64,000 bases of DNA, from contig JBIKWL010000002.1 of assembly GCA_044356335.1 (NCBI GenBank), forward strand, positions 10,426-74,425. The letters are read 5' to 3'. Under the pieces are notes generated by a model. The model was not told the DNA's origin and made no database searches. It worked only from the letters and a program-made list of their open reading frames with translations. The position numbers and the translations under genes were made by a program. Positions within the stretch are counted from its first letter, which is position 1. Each line of letters begins with the position of its first letter. Of the stretch, positions 9,159 through 17,421 are shown piece after piece. The stretch comes from Candidatus Sericytochromatia bacterium. Its GTDB lineage: Bacteria; Cyanobacteriota; Sericytochromatia; UBA7694.

Positions 9159-10355
9159 TTATTGTTTCACAGGGGCTGGAGCAATCGCTGGAGTTGCCGT
9201 GGCCACACCGGTTGAGCCAACTGAAGATTCTGAGCTACCACCATTAACAGCCCCAGGATAAGGCATGTAATTGACAGGGCGATTGAGAGAGAGAATCGCG
9301 CCAGACTCAGCATCAATTTCAATCGAGCCAGACAGAGTGATCTGTTCAGGCATATAGGGCGCACGCGCAGAGATAGGGGCAATGGCAATATCTGGAGCGG
9401 CCCCACCACTGCTGGCAGATACTTGACTAACCTTCATCGCCATTGCGGGCATCGGCATGGGCATAGGTACAGGCTGGGCTGGCATAGCAAAGACATTGCC
9501 GGGTTTGTTCCAATAAAAATTGAGGAAATAGCGTAATTTTTTGCCCTCTTGTTGGTTGAGATGCACTTGCCAAGTGAGCTTTTCGGGCAGCTCATAAATC
9601 ACTTCCAGATTGGGCTGCTGCAACTCTTCGGCGACGGGATAAACCGGATAACCGGGTTTGCTCTGGCGATTGGCAAAGGCTTTGCGGGCAATGTTGAGAG
9701 CCTGATCGCTGTCGATCTTCACCCGGCTGATTTCAATCTGGGCTTCGCCCCAAACCATGCGGTGTACACGAATCTCATTGCTAAGCACGTAGACATTTAA
9801 GGTCTGTTTGAGTGGACTGGAGGCAAAGCGGAAGACATAATTGGGCAAAACCTTCATGGGCTCACCACTGCGACCGGGCAATTGAATATATTCAGGCTCT
9901 TGCGCATTGATCTGGGCCCGACTTTCAATCAAACGGGCAGAACTGTCCCACTCTTTGAGCAGAGGCAAAATGCTTTGATTGTACACATTCAGCAAGCTAT
10001 TCCCTTTGGCGGATGGGTAGATATTTTCTTCGGCAAATTGGATGGCATATTGGTTAAAGTCATGCCCCCCATAATAATAACCGGGAGCAATTGCAGGCTT
10101 GGTCATCGCCATTTGTTTAACACTAAAATCCGATTCTTGGCCTGAGGGCAAGTAGGCAACAGGCACATTTTGACCATTTTCCTGTTTTAAGAAAAGCGGG
10201 CGTTTGATCAGCGCAGAACTGAAAAAGCCCTTTTGAGATACGATCTGGAGAGTTGGAGAGAGCTGACCAGGCGGCAAACCAGCTCCTGAAAAGGCACAGG
10301 AAGTGAGCCCCAAGGTCAGGGAAAGGGTCAGAGCGGATTTGAGCAGGACATGCAT
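9159..10355 (-). CDS. Lipoprotein of unknown function with PepSY-like region (paralog B)
   Basis: ATG 10355 with GGAGA RBS; lipobox LTS-C; shares FNQY.IQFAEENI.P, WDSSARL.ESRA and KPGYPVYP with paralog A. Confidence 0.8.
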   Translation of the reverse strand: MHVLLKSALTLSLTLGLTSCAFSGAGLPPGQLSPTLQIVSQKGFFSSALIKRPLFLKQENGQNVPVAYLPSGQESDFSVKQMAMTKPAIAPGYYYGGHDFNQYAIQFAEENIYPSAKGNSLLNVYNQSILPLLKEWDSSARLIESRAQINAQEPEYIQLPGRSGEPMKVLPNYVFRFASSPLKQTLNVYVLSNEIRVHRMVWGEAQIEISRVKIDSDQALNIARKAFANRQSKPGYPVYPVAEELQQPNLEVIYELPEKLTWQVHLNQQEGKKLRYFLNFYWNKPGNVFAMPAQPVPMPMPMPAMAMKVSQVSASSGGAAPDIAIAPISARAPYMPEQITLSGSIEIDAESGAILSLNRPVNYMPYPGAVNGGSSESSVGSTGVATATPAIAPAPVKQ

Positions 10356-10387
10356 GGTGATATTTCTCCATTGATAAGAATAATTTG

Positions 10388-10437
10388 AGTTTAGCAAATA
10401 TGTTTACAAGCTGTCAACATAAAAACTTATTGTAAAC
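10388..10437 (-). promoter_or_regulatory. Sigma70-type promoter with an overlapping palindromic operator
   Basis: Minus strand TTGACA-18nt-TAAACT. Inverted repeat TATGTTTACA-AGC-TGTCAACATA at 10399-10421 overlaps the -35. Confidence 0.7.
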
Positions 10438-10480
10438 AAATTTTGTATTGGGCTCCTTTAAAGCGACAAAAAATGAATTC

Positions 10481-10501
10481 AGCCTGGAGAGATTCCAGGC
10501 T
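10481..10501 (-). terminator. Hairpin downstream of array gene 1
   Basis: AGCCTGGA-GAGAT-TCCAGGCT perfect stem. Confidence 0.5.
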
Positions 10502-10540
10502 TTTCAATTTACTGGGAGAGACCTTTATGGCCCCAACCGT

Positions 10541-10987
10541 TTATTCAATTTTGGCTGAAGTTTTATCGGTTTTGGGATTGTATTTGAGCGTCAGCTTATT
10601 AATTTCATCCAGACGCAGGCCATTCCAATATACATATTCTTGTTTGGCTCCCTCTTCCATCACCCAATCAGCACGCAGGTCCCACTCCACAGACTCTGCA
10701 TCCGGCGAAAATTGAATATTAACGGAATAGCCATCATAGAGAGTGTCGGAGAGAATATTGTCACCCCAGGAATCGGCATGAGAAGGGCTCATGTACACCG
10801 ATTGAATATCATAACCTGTGGCGTTGACCAATTTAAAATCCAAGTTTTTGTTTTGAACAGGCTTGACCCCTTCAGTAGCAGCAGGCCGAAGTGCTTGCTG
10901 AGGAGCGCTCAGCACAGAGGTGGCACCCATCAAGATCACCGCACCCGCAATAAGAACAACACGCAGACCCAATAATGCATTTTTCAT
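10541..10987 (-). CDS. Small secreted beta-rich protein, tandem paralog 1 of 6
   Basis: Signal peptide ending VLSA; core LDF.L.NATG..I..Y.SP...DSWG..IL...DG....FSPDAE..EWD.RADW. Confidence 0.88.
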   Translation of the reverse strand: MKNALLGLRVVLIAGAVILMGATSVLSAPQQALRPAATEGVKPVQNKNLDFKLVNATGYDIQSVYMSPSHADSWGDNILSDTLYDGYSVNIQFSPDAESVEWDLRADWVMEEGAKQEYVYWNGLRLDEINKLTLKYNPKTDKTSAKIE

Positions 10988-11113
10988 TTTTTATTGATCC
11001 TTTTTCGTTTAAATAACAATAAAATAAGTGATAAACAAAACAATCAAGAACAAGAATAGATAGTCAAGATAATTTTAACAGCAAAACCCGCTTGAGCTAG
11101 TCAAAGGTTTAAG

Positions 11114-11140
11114 TAAGACCCCCGAAATTCAAGGGTCTTA
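11114..11140 (-). terminator. Hairpin downstream of array gene 2
   Basis: TAAGACCC...GGGTCTTA, a degenerate relative of the 13205 hairpin. Confidence 0.5.
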
Positions 11141-11172
11141 AAAAAACGATTTCAACAAAAGCAATAACAGAG

Positions 11173-11607
11173 TTACTCAGCTATAGCTGTGGTTTTTTCG
11201 GTGGCTTCGTCATATTTGAGGGTCAGGGCATTGATCTGATCCAAAGGCAGCCCCATCCAATAGACATAACCTTCACCTTTGGTCCAATCAGCACGCATGT
11301 CCCACTCTGCGGCTTCGGCATCGGGTGAGAAGGAGATATTCAGGGTATCTCCATCATTAAAAGCACCGGGAAGAATACTTGCACCCCAAGAATCGGTGCC
11401 GGTTGGGCTGAGGTAGAGGCCGGTGATTTCATAACCGGTGGCGTTGGTCAAAGTAAAATCCAGGGCTTTGTTTTGAACAGGTTTAACCCCTTCAGAGCCA
11501 GCAGGTTTGAGTGCCTGTTGAGGTGCGCTCAGCGCAGAGGTAGCCCCCATCAACATCACAGCACCCGCAACCAAGAAAACACGCAAACCCAATAAAGACT
11601 TTTTCAT
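11173..11607 (-). CDS. Small secreted protein, tandem paralog 2 of 6
   Basis: Same signal peptide and core motifs; WTKGEGYVYWMGL subtype. Confidence 0.88.
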   Translation of the reverse strand: MKKSLLGLRVFLVAGAVMLMGATSALSAPQQALKPAGSEGVKPVQNKALDFTLTNATGYEITGLYLSPTGTDSWGASILPGAFNDGDTLNISFSPDAEAAEWDMRADWTKGEGYVYWMGLPLDQINALTLKYDEATEKTTAIAE

Positions 11608-11708
11608 AAAACCAGGTATCCTTTTTTTGATTTTTTATTTCAAATGACATCTTGAAACTTGGAAAACGAGAACATTCAACCTAAATGGTGAGAGCCACCA
11701 TGCCAAGC

Positions 11709-12146
11709 TTACTGGGCTTCGGCAGAAGTTTGGCCTGAAGAGGCATCATAATGAAGGGTCAAGGAATTAATCGTGGTCAGGTCTAAACCGATCCAATAGA
11801 CGTAGGCTTCTTCTGAATCATCGGCCCAATCAGCGCGCATATCCCAACTGGCGGCTTCGGCTTCGGGAGAAAATGAAACTTGGCCTGATTGACCATCGGC
11901 AAATTCACCAGGCAGAATATTGGGACCCCAGGTATCTACACCCGTAGGGCTGAGATAAAGACCAGCAATCGAGTGGCCGGTCGCATTGCTCAAAGAAAAA
12001 TCAAGGGCACCATTGGCAATGGGCTGAAGGGCTTGATGAGAAGGCTGAAGGGTTTGTTGAGGCGCACTCAGCACAGAGGTAGCACCCATCATCATCACAG
12101 CACCGGCCACCAAGAAAGTACGCAAACCTAAGTAAACATTTTTCAT
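11709..12146 (-). CDS. Small secreted protein, tandem paralog 3 of 6
   Basis: Same motifs; WADDSEEAYVYWIGL subtype; GAGGA RBS. Confidence 0.88.
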   Translation of the reverse strand: MKNVYLGLRTFLVAGAVMMMGATSVLSAPQQTLQPSHQALQPIANGALDFSLSNATGHSIAGLYLSPTGVDTWGPNILPGEFADGQSGQVSFSPEAEAASWDMRADWADDSEEAYVYWIGLDLTTINSLTLHYDASSGQTSAEAQ

Positions 12147-12248
12147 ATGAATTCATTATCCTCTTTAAATAAATTTTAGTTAAAAGTAAGCAAAAACAAA
12201 TATTTTACAACTTTTTAAAGCGTTAAACTTTGTTTTTCTTATACAATG

Positions 12249-12300
12249 ATTCTAGCAAACAAGTTTACTTGTTGTCAACTTAAAAAAACAAATTGTCAAC
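12249..12300 (-). promoter_or_regulatory. Sigma70-type promoter with the same palindromic operator as at 10.4 kb
   Basis: Minus strand TTGACA-18nt-TAGAAT; AAGTTTAC-TTGTT-GTCAACTT at 12261-12281. Confidence 0.7.
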
Positions 12301-12337
12301 AAATTTTTTATCAGTAGAATTTGATTGACAAAAAAAT

Positions 12338-12363
12338 AGAAAAAGCCAGCTTGGGAGCTGGCT
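12338..12363 (-). terminator. Intrinsic terminator
   Basis: Minus strand AGCCAGCT-CCCA-AGCTGGCT followed by TTTTCT. Confidence 0.7.
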
Positions 12364-12543
12364 CAATCCTGCTTATTCGATCTTGGCAGAAGTTGTTTCA
12401 GGGTCCGTTGATTGCTCTCATCCAGGCGGGGGGTCCTAAGAATCCGCATCAGACGAATTCATTTAGACGGACTGAATCTAAGGTCAATTGCAGCAAGGGG
12501 CTTTTGATTGGATGACCCTTTTTAATTTAATCGAGAGTATTTG

Positions 12544-12585
12544 AAAAGAAGAGAGGTTTAACTCTAAAACAAGCAAACCTCTCTT
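12544..12585 (-). terminator. Terminator of array gene 4
   Basis: AAGAGAGGTTT...AAACCTCTCTT stem about 10 nt after the stop, followed by CTTTT on the minus strand. Confidence 0.55.
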
Positions 12586-12594
12586 GTGCCAACA

Positions 12595-13038
12595 TTATTC
12601 AGCTTGTGCTGTCGTTTTGCCTGAAGAGTCATCATAGTACAGTGTTAAGCTATTAATGGTCGGCAGGCTTAAACCAATCCAATATACATAAGCTTCTTCC
12701 GAATCATCGGACCAATCGACGCGCAGATCCCACTCTGTGGCTTCAGCATCAGGTGAAAATGAGATATTCAAGCTATCCCCATCCGCAAATTCATCGCTGG
12801 GCAGAATATTGTCTCCCCAAGAATCCACACCCGTTGGGCTGCAATAGACACCAGCCATGGGGTGGCCTGTTGCATTGTGGAGTTCAAAGTCAAGCGCTTT
12901 ATTCTGAACGGGTTTGACACTTTGATAGCCTGAAGGCTGAAGGGCTTGTTGAGGCGCACTCAGCGCAGAGGTGGCCCCCAGCATCATCACAGCACTTGCC
13001 AAAAAGAATACACGTAAACCTGATAAAGTTTTTTTCAT
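12595..13038 (-). CDS. Small secreted protein, tandem paralog 4 of 6
   Basis: Start MKKTLSGLRV at 13038 chosen by alignment with paralogs; AGGA RBS. Confidence 0.88.
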   Translation of the reverse strand: MKKTLSGLRVFFLASAVMMLGATSALSAPQQALQPSGYQSVKPVQNKALDFELHNATGHPMAGVYCSPTGVDSWGDNILPSDEFADGDSLNISFSPDAEATEWDLRVDWSDDSEEAYVYWIGLSLPTINSLTLYYDDSSGKTTAQAE

Positions 13039-13204
13039 ATACTTTTTATCCTTTTTCCAGTTTTTTAATAAGTATAAAATAAAGAAAGAAACAGAACTAT
13101 CTCTATCGGTACCGACACCTAAGAACCAAGATATCATTTTTAAAGAAGCTTGTTAAGTCAGACTTTTGTTGAACAACCAGAATCTATTTGCCTTTCTCCG
13201 CATT

Positions 13205-13234
13205 AAAAAAGACCCCTGAAATTCAGGGGTCTTT
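13205..13234 (-). terminator. Terminator of array gene 5
   Basis: AAAGACCCCTGAA-A-TTCAGGGGTCTTT perfect inverted repeat with T-run. Confidence 0.75.
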
Positions 13235-13301
13235 AGAGAAAAATGAGGTTAGAACCTCGGCAAAGACTCTTCTGCAGATGCAGAGGACTACGAATTAAAG
13301 A

Positions 13302-13736
13302 TCATCCTTTAATTGCAGTAGTTTTTTCAGTTTCTTCATCATATTCAAGAGTCAGAGTATTAATTTCAGGCAAATTTAAGCCCATCCAATAGACATAACC
13401 TTCACCTTTGGTCCAATCAGCACGCATATCCCATTCAGCCGCTTCGGCATCGGGAGAAAAGGAGATATTCAGGGTGTCACCATCATTAAAAGAACCACTG
13501 ATGATACTCTCCCCCCAACTATCGGTGCCGGTGGGACTCACAAACAACGCTGTAATTTCATAGCCTGTGGCATTGGTCAAAGTAAAATCCAAGACTTTGT
13601 TTTGCACAGGTCTGACCACTTCAGAACCAGCGGGATTCAACGCCTGCTGAGGAGCACTCAGAACAGAGGTAGTACCCATTAACATGACCATACCAGCGAG
13701 CAAGAGAGCTCGGAAACCTAAGATCGTACTTTTCAT
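13302..13736 (-). CDS. Small secreted protein, tandem paralog 5 of 6
   Basis: Start MKSTILG; WTKGEGYVYWMGL subtype, closest to paralog 2. Confidence 0.88.
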   Translation of the reverse strand: MKSTILGFRALLLAGMVMLMGTTSVLSAPQQALNPAGSEVVRPVQNKVLDFTLTNATGYEITALFVSPTGTDSWGESIISGSFNDGDTLNISFSPDAEAAEWDMRADWTKGEGYVYWMGLNLPEINTLTLEYDEETEKTTAIKG

Positions 13737-13863
13737 AATCACTTCTACCCTTATTTATTTTCCATAAATATAAAACAACCAAGAAACGAAACCCAACAAT
13801 ATTCTTTGATGTCCGAAAATCAAAAAACTGCGAATTGTATGGCGTTAAGCCAAAATTTCACTT

Positions 13864-13891
13864 AAAAAAGCCCCTGAATTAAGGGGCTTTT
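13864..13891 (-). terminator. Terminator of array gene 6
   Basis: AAAAGCCCCT-GAATTA-AGGGGCTTTT. Confidence 0.75.
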
Positions 13892-13947
13892 AAAAAGCAA
13901 AACGTCAACTATCCTCAATATTGAAGACAAAGCTCAAAGACAAAAAG

Positions 13948-14391
13948 CTACTGAGCTTCAGCTGAGGTTTGACCTGAAGAAGCATCATAGTGAAGGGTCA
14001 AGGAATGAATGGTTGGCAAATCTAAACCAATCCAATAGACATAGGCTTCTTCCGAATCATCGGCCCAATCTGCACGCATATCCCAACTTGTGGCTTCAGC
14101 ATCGGGATGGAAAGAGATCGCCAGGGCATCGCCATCGGCAAAATCACCACCGGGGAGAATATTGTCTCCCCAGGTATCCACACCCGTTGGGCTGATATAA
14201 AGACCGGCAATTGAGTGACCCGTTGCATTGCTCAATTGAAAGTCCAGAGCCGCATTTTCAACAGGGGTCATCTGGCCTGCGCCAGAAGGCTGGAGGGCTT
14301 GTTGAGGCGCGCTCAACACAGAAGTTGCACCCATCATCATCACCGCACCGGCAACCAAGAAAACACGCAAACCCAGCAAAGCATTTTTCAT
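13948..14391 (-). CDS. Small secreted protein, tandem paralog 6 of 6
   Basis: Start MKNALLG at 14391; C-terminus LTLHYDASSGQTSAEAQ is identical to paralog 3. Confidence 0.88.
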   Translation of the reverse strand: MKNALLGLRVFLVAGAVMMMGATSVLSAPQQALQPSGAGQMTPVENAALDFQLSNATGHSIAGLYISPTGVDTWGDNILPGGDFADGDALAISFHPDAEATSWDMRADWADDSEEAYVYWIGLDLPTIHSLTLHYDASSGQTSAEAQ

Positions 14392-14668
14392 AGATTCATT
14401 ACCTTCCATCCAATAAAATAAGTAGAAAAAAAGCCCAAAAACAAAGTATGACACTTCATTTTCGATAAGAATAAACAACATAACATTTATTCAACAGGCT
14501 GTTAAGCTAGATGAATGGTCTTGTTACACAAAAATAACAGAGATTTAATCTTTGTCGAAAAAGCAGAAAGACGCTGACACTTCAGGCCGGGAACCGGTCC
14601 TTGCTCTTACACGGGCTTTGCCTGGAGTGTTAGAATGAACAAGAATACACGCAGATAGGTCATTTTCA

Positions 14669-15961
14669 GTGTTTGATACCCAATTACCCGTAGCAAGAGC
14701 CATTCTCGTGGGCGTCCAATTGCCGGATACCCCCGATTGGGAACTTGACTATTCGCTTGATGAACTGGCCTCACTGGCAGATACTGCGGGCATTCAGACC
14801 CTGGGCACTTGCACCCAAGGACGCCAACATCCCGATTCAGCCACGTATATCGGCAAGGGAAAAGTGCAAGAGGTTTTGCTGCTGGTTGAAGCCGAAAACG
14901 CGGATGTGGTGATTTTTGACTGTGAACTGTCACCTTCGCAAATGAGCAATTTGGAAAAACAACTCAATGTCCGGGTCATGGATCGCGGCGATGTGATTCT
15001 GATGATCTTTTCTGAAAGGGCCCAAACCCGCGAAGCCAAATTGCAGGTTGAATTGGCACGCATGAAATATTTTCTGCCCCGGCTCAAACGGCAATGGACC
15101 CACTTGGAACGCCAGGTAGGCGGGGTGGGTGTGCGCGCCGGGATGGGCGAAAAACAGATTGAAATTGACAGGCGTTTGGTGCGCAAAAAAATCGACCGCT
15201 ATGAAAACGATCTGAAAGAAATTGAAAAACAGCGCAAATTGCGCAAAAGCAAGCGCCACGAGTCCTTCAGCATGGCCCTGATTGGCTACACCAACGTGGG
15301 CAAATCGACCCTGTTTAACCGTTTAACCGAAGCCGGTGTCTTGGTCGAAAACCGCCTCTTTGCCACCCTCGACTCGACTGTGCGTAAAATTGAAATTGGG
15401 GCCCATGAATTTTTGCTGACCGATACCGTCGGCTTTATCCGCAAATTGCCCCACCATTTGGTGGCCTCGTTTCGCAGCACCCTCGAAGAGGCCTGTGATG
15501 TCGATGTCTTGATTCATGTCGTGGACGTCACTTCGCCCGTATTGGGCGAGCAAATGGCTGCAGTCAACGAGGTCTTAAAACAGCTCGAAATTGAAGACAA
15601 GCCCATCATTTATGCCCTCAATAAAGCCGACCTCTTGCCCCCCGGAGAAGAGCTGGATGTCTGGAAACACATCCCCCCAGAGGCCCCCTGTGTCACGATT
15701 TCGGCCCATACTGGCGAAAACGTAGACCTGCTCAAAGAATTGGCGCTTGAAACCTTTTCCGAACAATTCCGCGAAAGTACCTTTGTGCTTAACCTGAGCC
15801 AATCCGCTTGGGTCGCTCAGCTCTATGCAATTAGTACCATTTTAAGCGAAGAATACCTTGACGGAAACCGTGTCAAACTGCGCTGCCGGGCTCCGGCCAA
15901 AGATCTTGAACGCTTCCGCAAAAACTGGAAGGCCGCTGTGGGCGAAGAAAGCCTGTTTTAA
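14669..15961 (+). CDS. hflX: Ribosome-splitting GTPase HflX
   Basis: YIGKGK, AKLQVELA, GYTNVGKST, LFATLD, DTVGFI, NKAD, ISA. Confidence 0.97.
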   Translation: MFDTQLPVARAILVGVQLPDTPDWELDYSLDELASLADTAGIQTLGTCTQGRQHPDSATYIGKGKVQEVLLLVEAENADVVIFDCELSPSQMSNLEKQLNVRVMDRGDVILMIFSERAQTREAKLQVELARMKYFLPRLKRQWTHLERQVGGVGVRAGMGEKQIEIDRRLVRKKIDRYENDLKEIEKQRKLRKSKRHESFSMALIGYTNVGKSTLFNRLTEAGVLVENRLFATLDSTVRKIEIGAHEFLLTDTVGFIRKLPHHLVASFRSTLEEACDVDVLIHVVDVTSPVLGEQMAAVNEVLKQLEIEDKPIIYALNKADLLPPGEELDVWKHIPPEAPCVTISAHTGENVDLLKELALETFSEQFRESTFVLNLSQSAWVAQLYAISTILSEEYLDGNRVKLRCRAPAKDLERFRKNWKAAVGEESLF

Positions 15962-15997
15962 CCCCGATTACTTGCGCTGAGGTCACGCGAAAAGCCG

Positions 15998-17398
15998 ATG
16001 AACAATGACATTGCAGCCCTGATCACACAATCCCTGGTTTGGCTCTCTTTGATCTACCTGATGGCCCGACACAGCCTCTCTTTGGCTGCCTGTTTGATCT
16101 CCTTTCGCGCCCTGCAAAATTATGCCCGCAAACTCAAGTCTGTGGATATTGAATCGCTCTTAAAAGCCGCAGGTGCGCCTCCCCTGAGCATTTTGGTGCC
16201 GGTTTATAATGCCTCGGGAGAGGGCGTGAGTTGTCTTAAACACCTGTTGCAATTGCGTTATCCCGAACTGGATCTGATTATGATCAACGATGGCTCCACT
16301 GACAATACCCTCGAATTACTCAAAGAGATCTTTCAATTGCACCCAATGTCGCGGTTTCCCGTTTCAGAGCTGCCCAGCCGCCCGATCAACGCTGTCTACC
16401 AAAGTCAAATTCATCCCCGCCTCTGGGTGATCGACAAAGAGCGCGGCGGCAATGCGGATGCCCTCAATGCGGGTTTAAACTTTTGCCAAACCCCGCTCTT
16501 TTGCACCACTTATGTGACCATGATCTTGGAGCGGAATGCCCTGTTGCGGGCCCTGCGCCCGTTTTTAGAGAACGCGGCCACAGTGGCTGTGAGTGGCATT
16601 GTTCGCGTGCGCAACGGCTGTTCGCTCGAAAACGGCGAGATCACCACGGTCAAAATGCCCGAAGAGCGTTTGGTGCAATTGCAAATTTTAGAACATTTGC
16701 GCTTTTTTCTGGTGAGTTATATGGCGGGCAGCGCCCTGCGGGGGCTCCTGCTGATTTCAGGGGCCTTTGCCGTTTTCAGGCGGGCGATGGTGGTCGAAGC
16801 CGGGGGCTATGATGCCCGCTACCAAGCAGAGACCCCTGAGTTGATCTTGCGTTTACACCGTTTTTGCCAAGAAGCCAAGCGGCCTTACCACATTGATTTT
16901 ATTCCCGATCCGGTGGCCTGGCACGAATGCCCGAGCGAGATGGCCGAGGTACGCTCCCAGCACATGAAATGGCAAAAAGGCGTGACAGAAGCGCTTTTGC
17001 ATCACCGCTCGATGCTGTGGAAAAAAGGCACGGGGCGGATTGGCTGGTTTCTCTACCCGCTGTTTATGTTGACCGAAATCTGGGGACCGGTGTTGGAAGT
17101 GCTGGGCTATATTTTGGTGATTGCTGGTGGGATTTTGGGCTGGGTACCACCCCTTTTGATTCTGGCTTTTGCTCTGGCGGCCTTTGTTATGGGCAGCACC
17201 TCCGCCACATTGGCTGTGGCCCTGGGTGAGCTCACCCCGCGCCGCTATTCCGAAGAAGATCTGCGCCAATTGACACGCACGGCCTGGTTCGAAAACCTGG
17301 GCTACCAACAATTGCGCACACTCTGGCGGCTGCAAGCCACCTGGAAAGCCCTGCGCAAAGACAAAAAAGGCCAAGTACCCGTTTCGCTCGAGTTTTAG
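15998..17398 (+). CDS. GT2-family membrane glycosyltransferase homolog with degenerate catalytic motifs
   Basis: SILVPVYN, NDGSTD, DKERGGNADALNAG, ISGAFAVFRR, PDPVAW and C-terminal TMs. DXD, ED and QxxRW are altered. Confidence 0.85.
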   Translation: MNNDIAALITQSLVWLSLIYLMARHSLSLAACLISFRALQNYARKLKSVDIESLLKAAGAPPLSILVPVYNASGEGVSCLKHLLQLRYPELDLIMINDGSTDNTLELLKEIFQLHPMSRFPVSELPSRPINAVYQSQIHPRLWVIDKERGGNADALNAGLNFCQTPLFCTTYVTMILERNALLRALRPFLENAATVAVSGIVRVRNGCSLENGEITTVKMPEERLVQLQILEHLRFFLVSYMAGSALRGLLLISGAFAVFRRAMVVEAGGYDARYQAETPELILRLHRFCQEAKRPYHIDFIPDPVAWHECPSEMAEVRSQHMKWQKGVTEALLHHRSMLWKKGTGRIGWFLYPLFMLTEIWGPVLEVLGYILVIAGGILGWVPPLLILAFALAAFVMGSTSATLAVALGELTPRRYSEEDLRQLTRTAWFENLGYQQLRTLWRLQATWKALRKDKKGQVPVSLEF

Positions 17399-17421
17399 CT
17401 GGCGTTTTAGAGACCCCTTAT

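Noticed and set aside
10541-14391. Array as a CRISPR, integron cassette array or diversity-generating retroelement
   Set aside because: The repeats are whole diverged genes. There are no fixed repeat-spacer units, no integrase or attC pattern and no reverse transcriptase, and the hairpins look like terminators.
10541-14391. 'Argininosuccinate lyase' label that I recall being attached to this small protein family
   Set aside because: These are 145-aa secreted beta-type proteins with no fumarase-superfamily signature.
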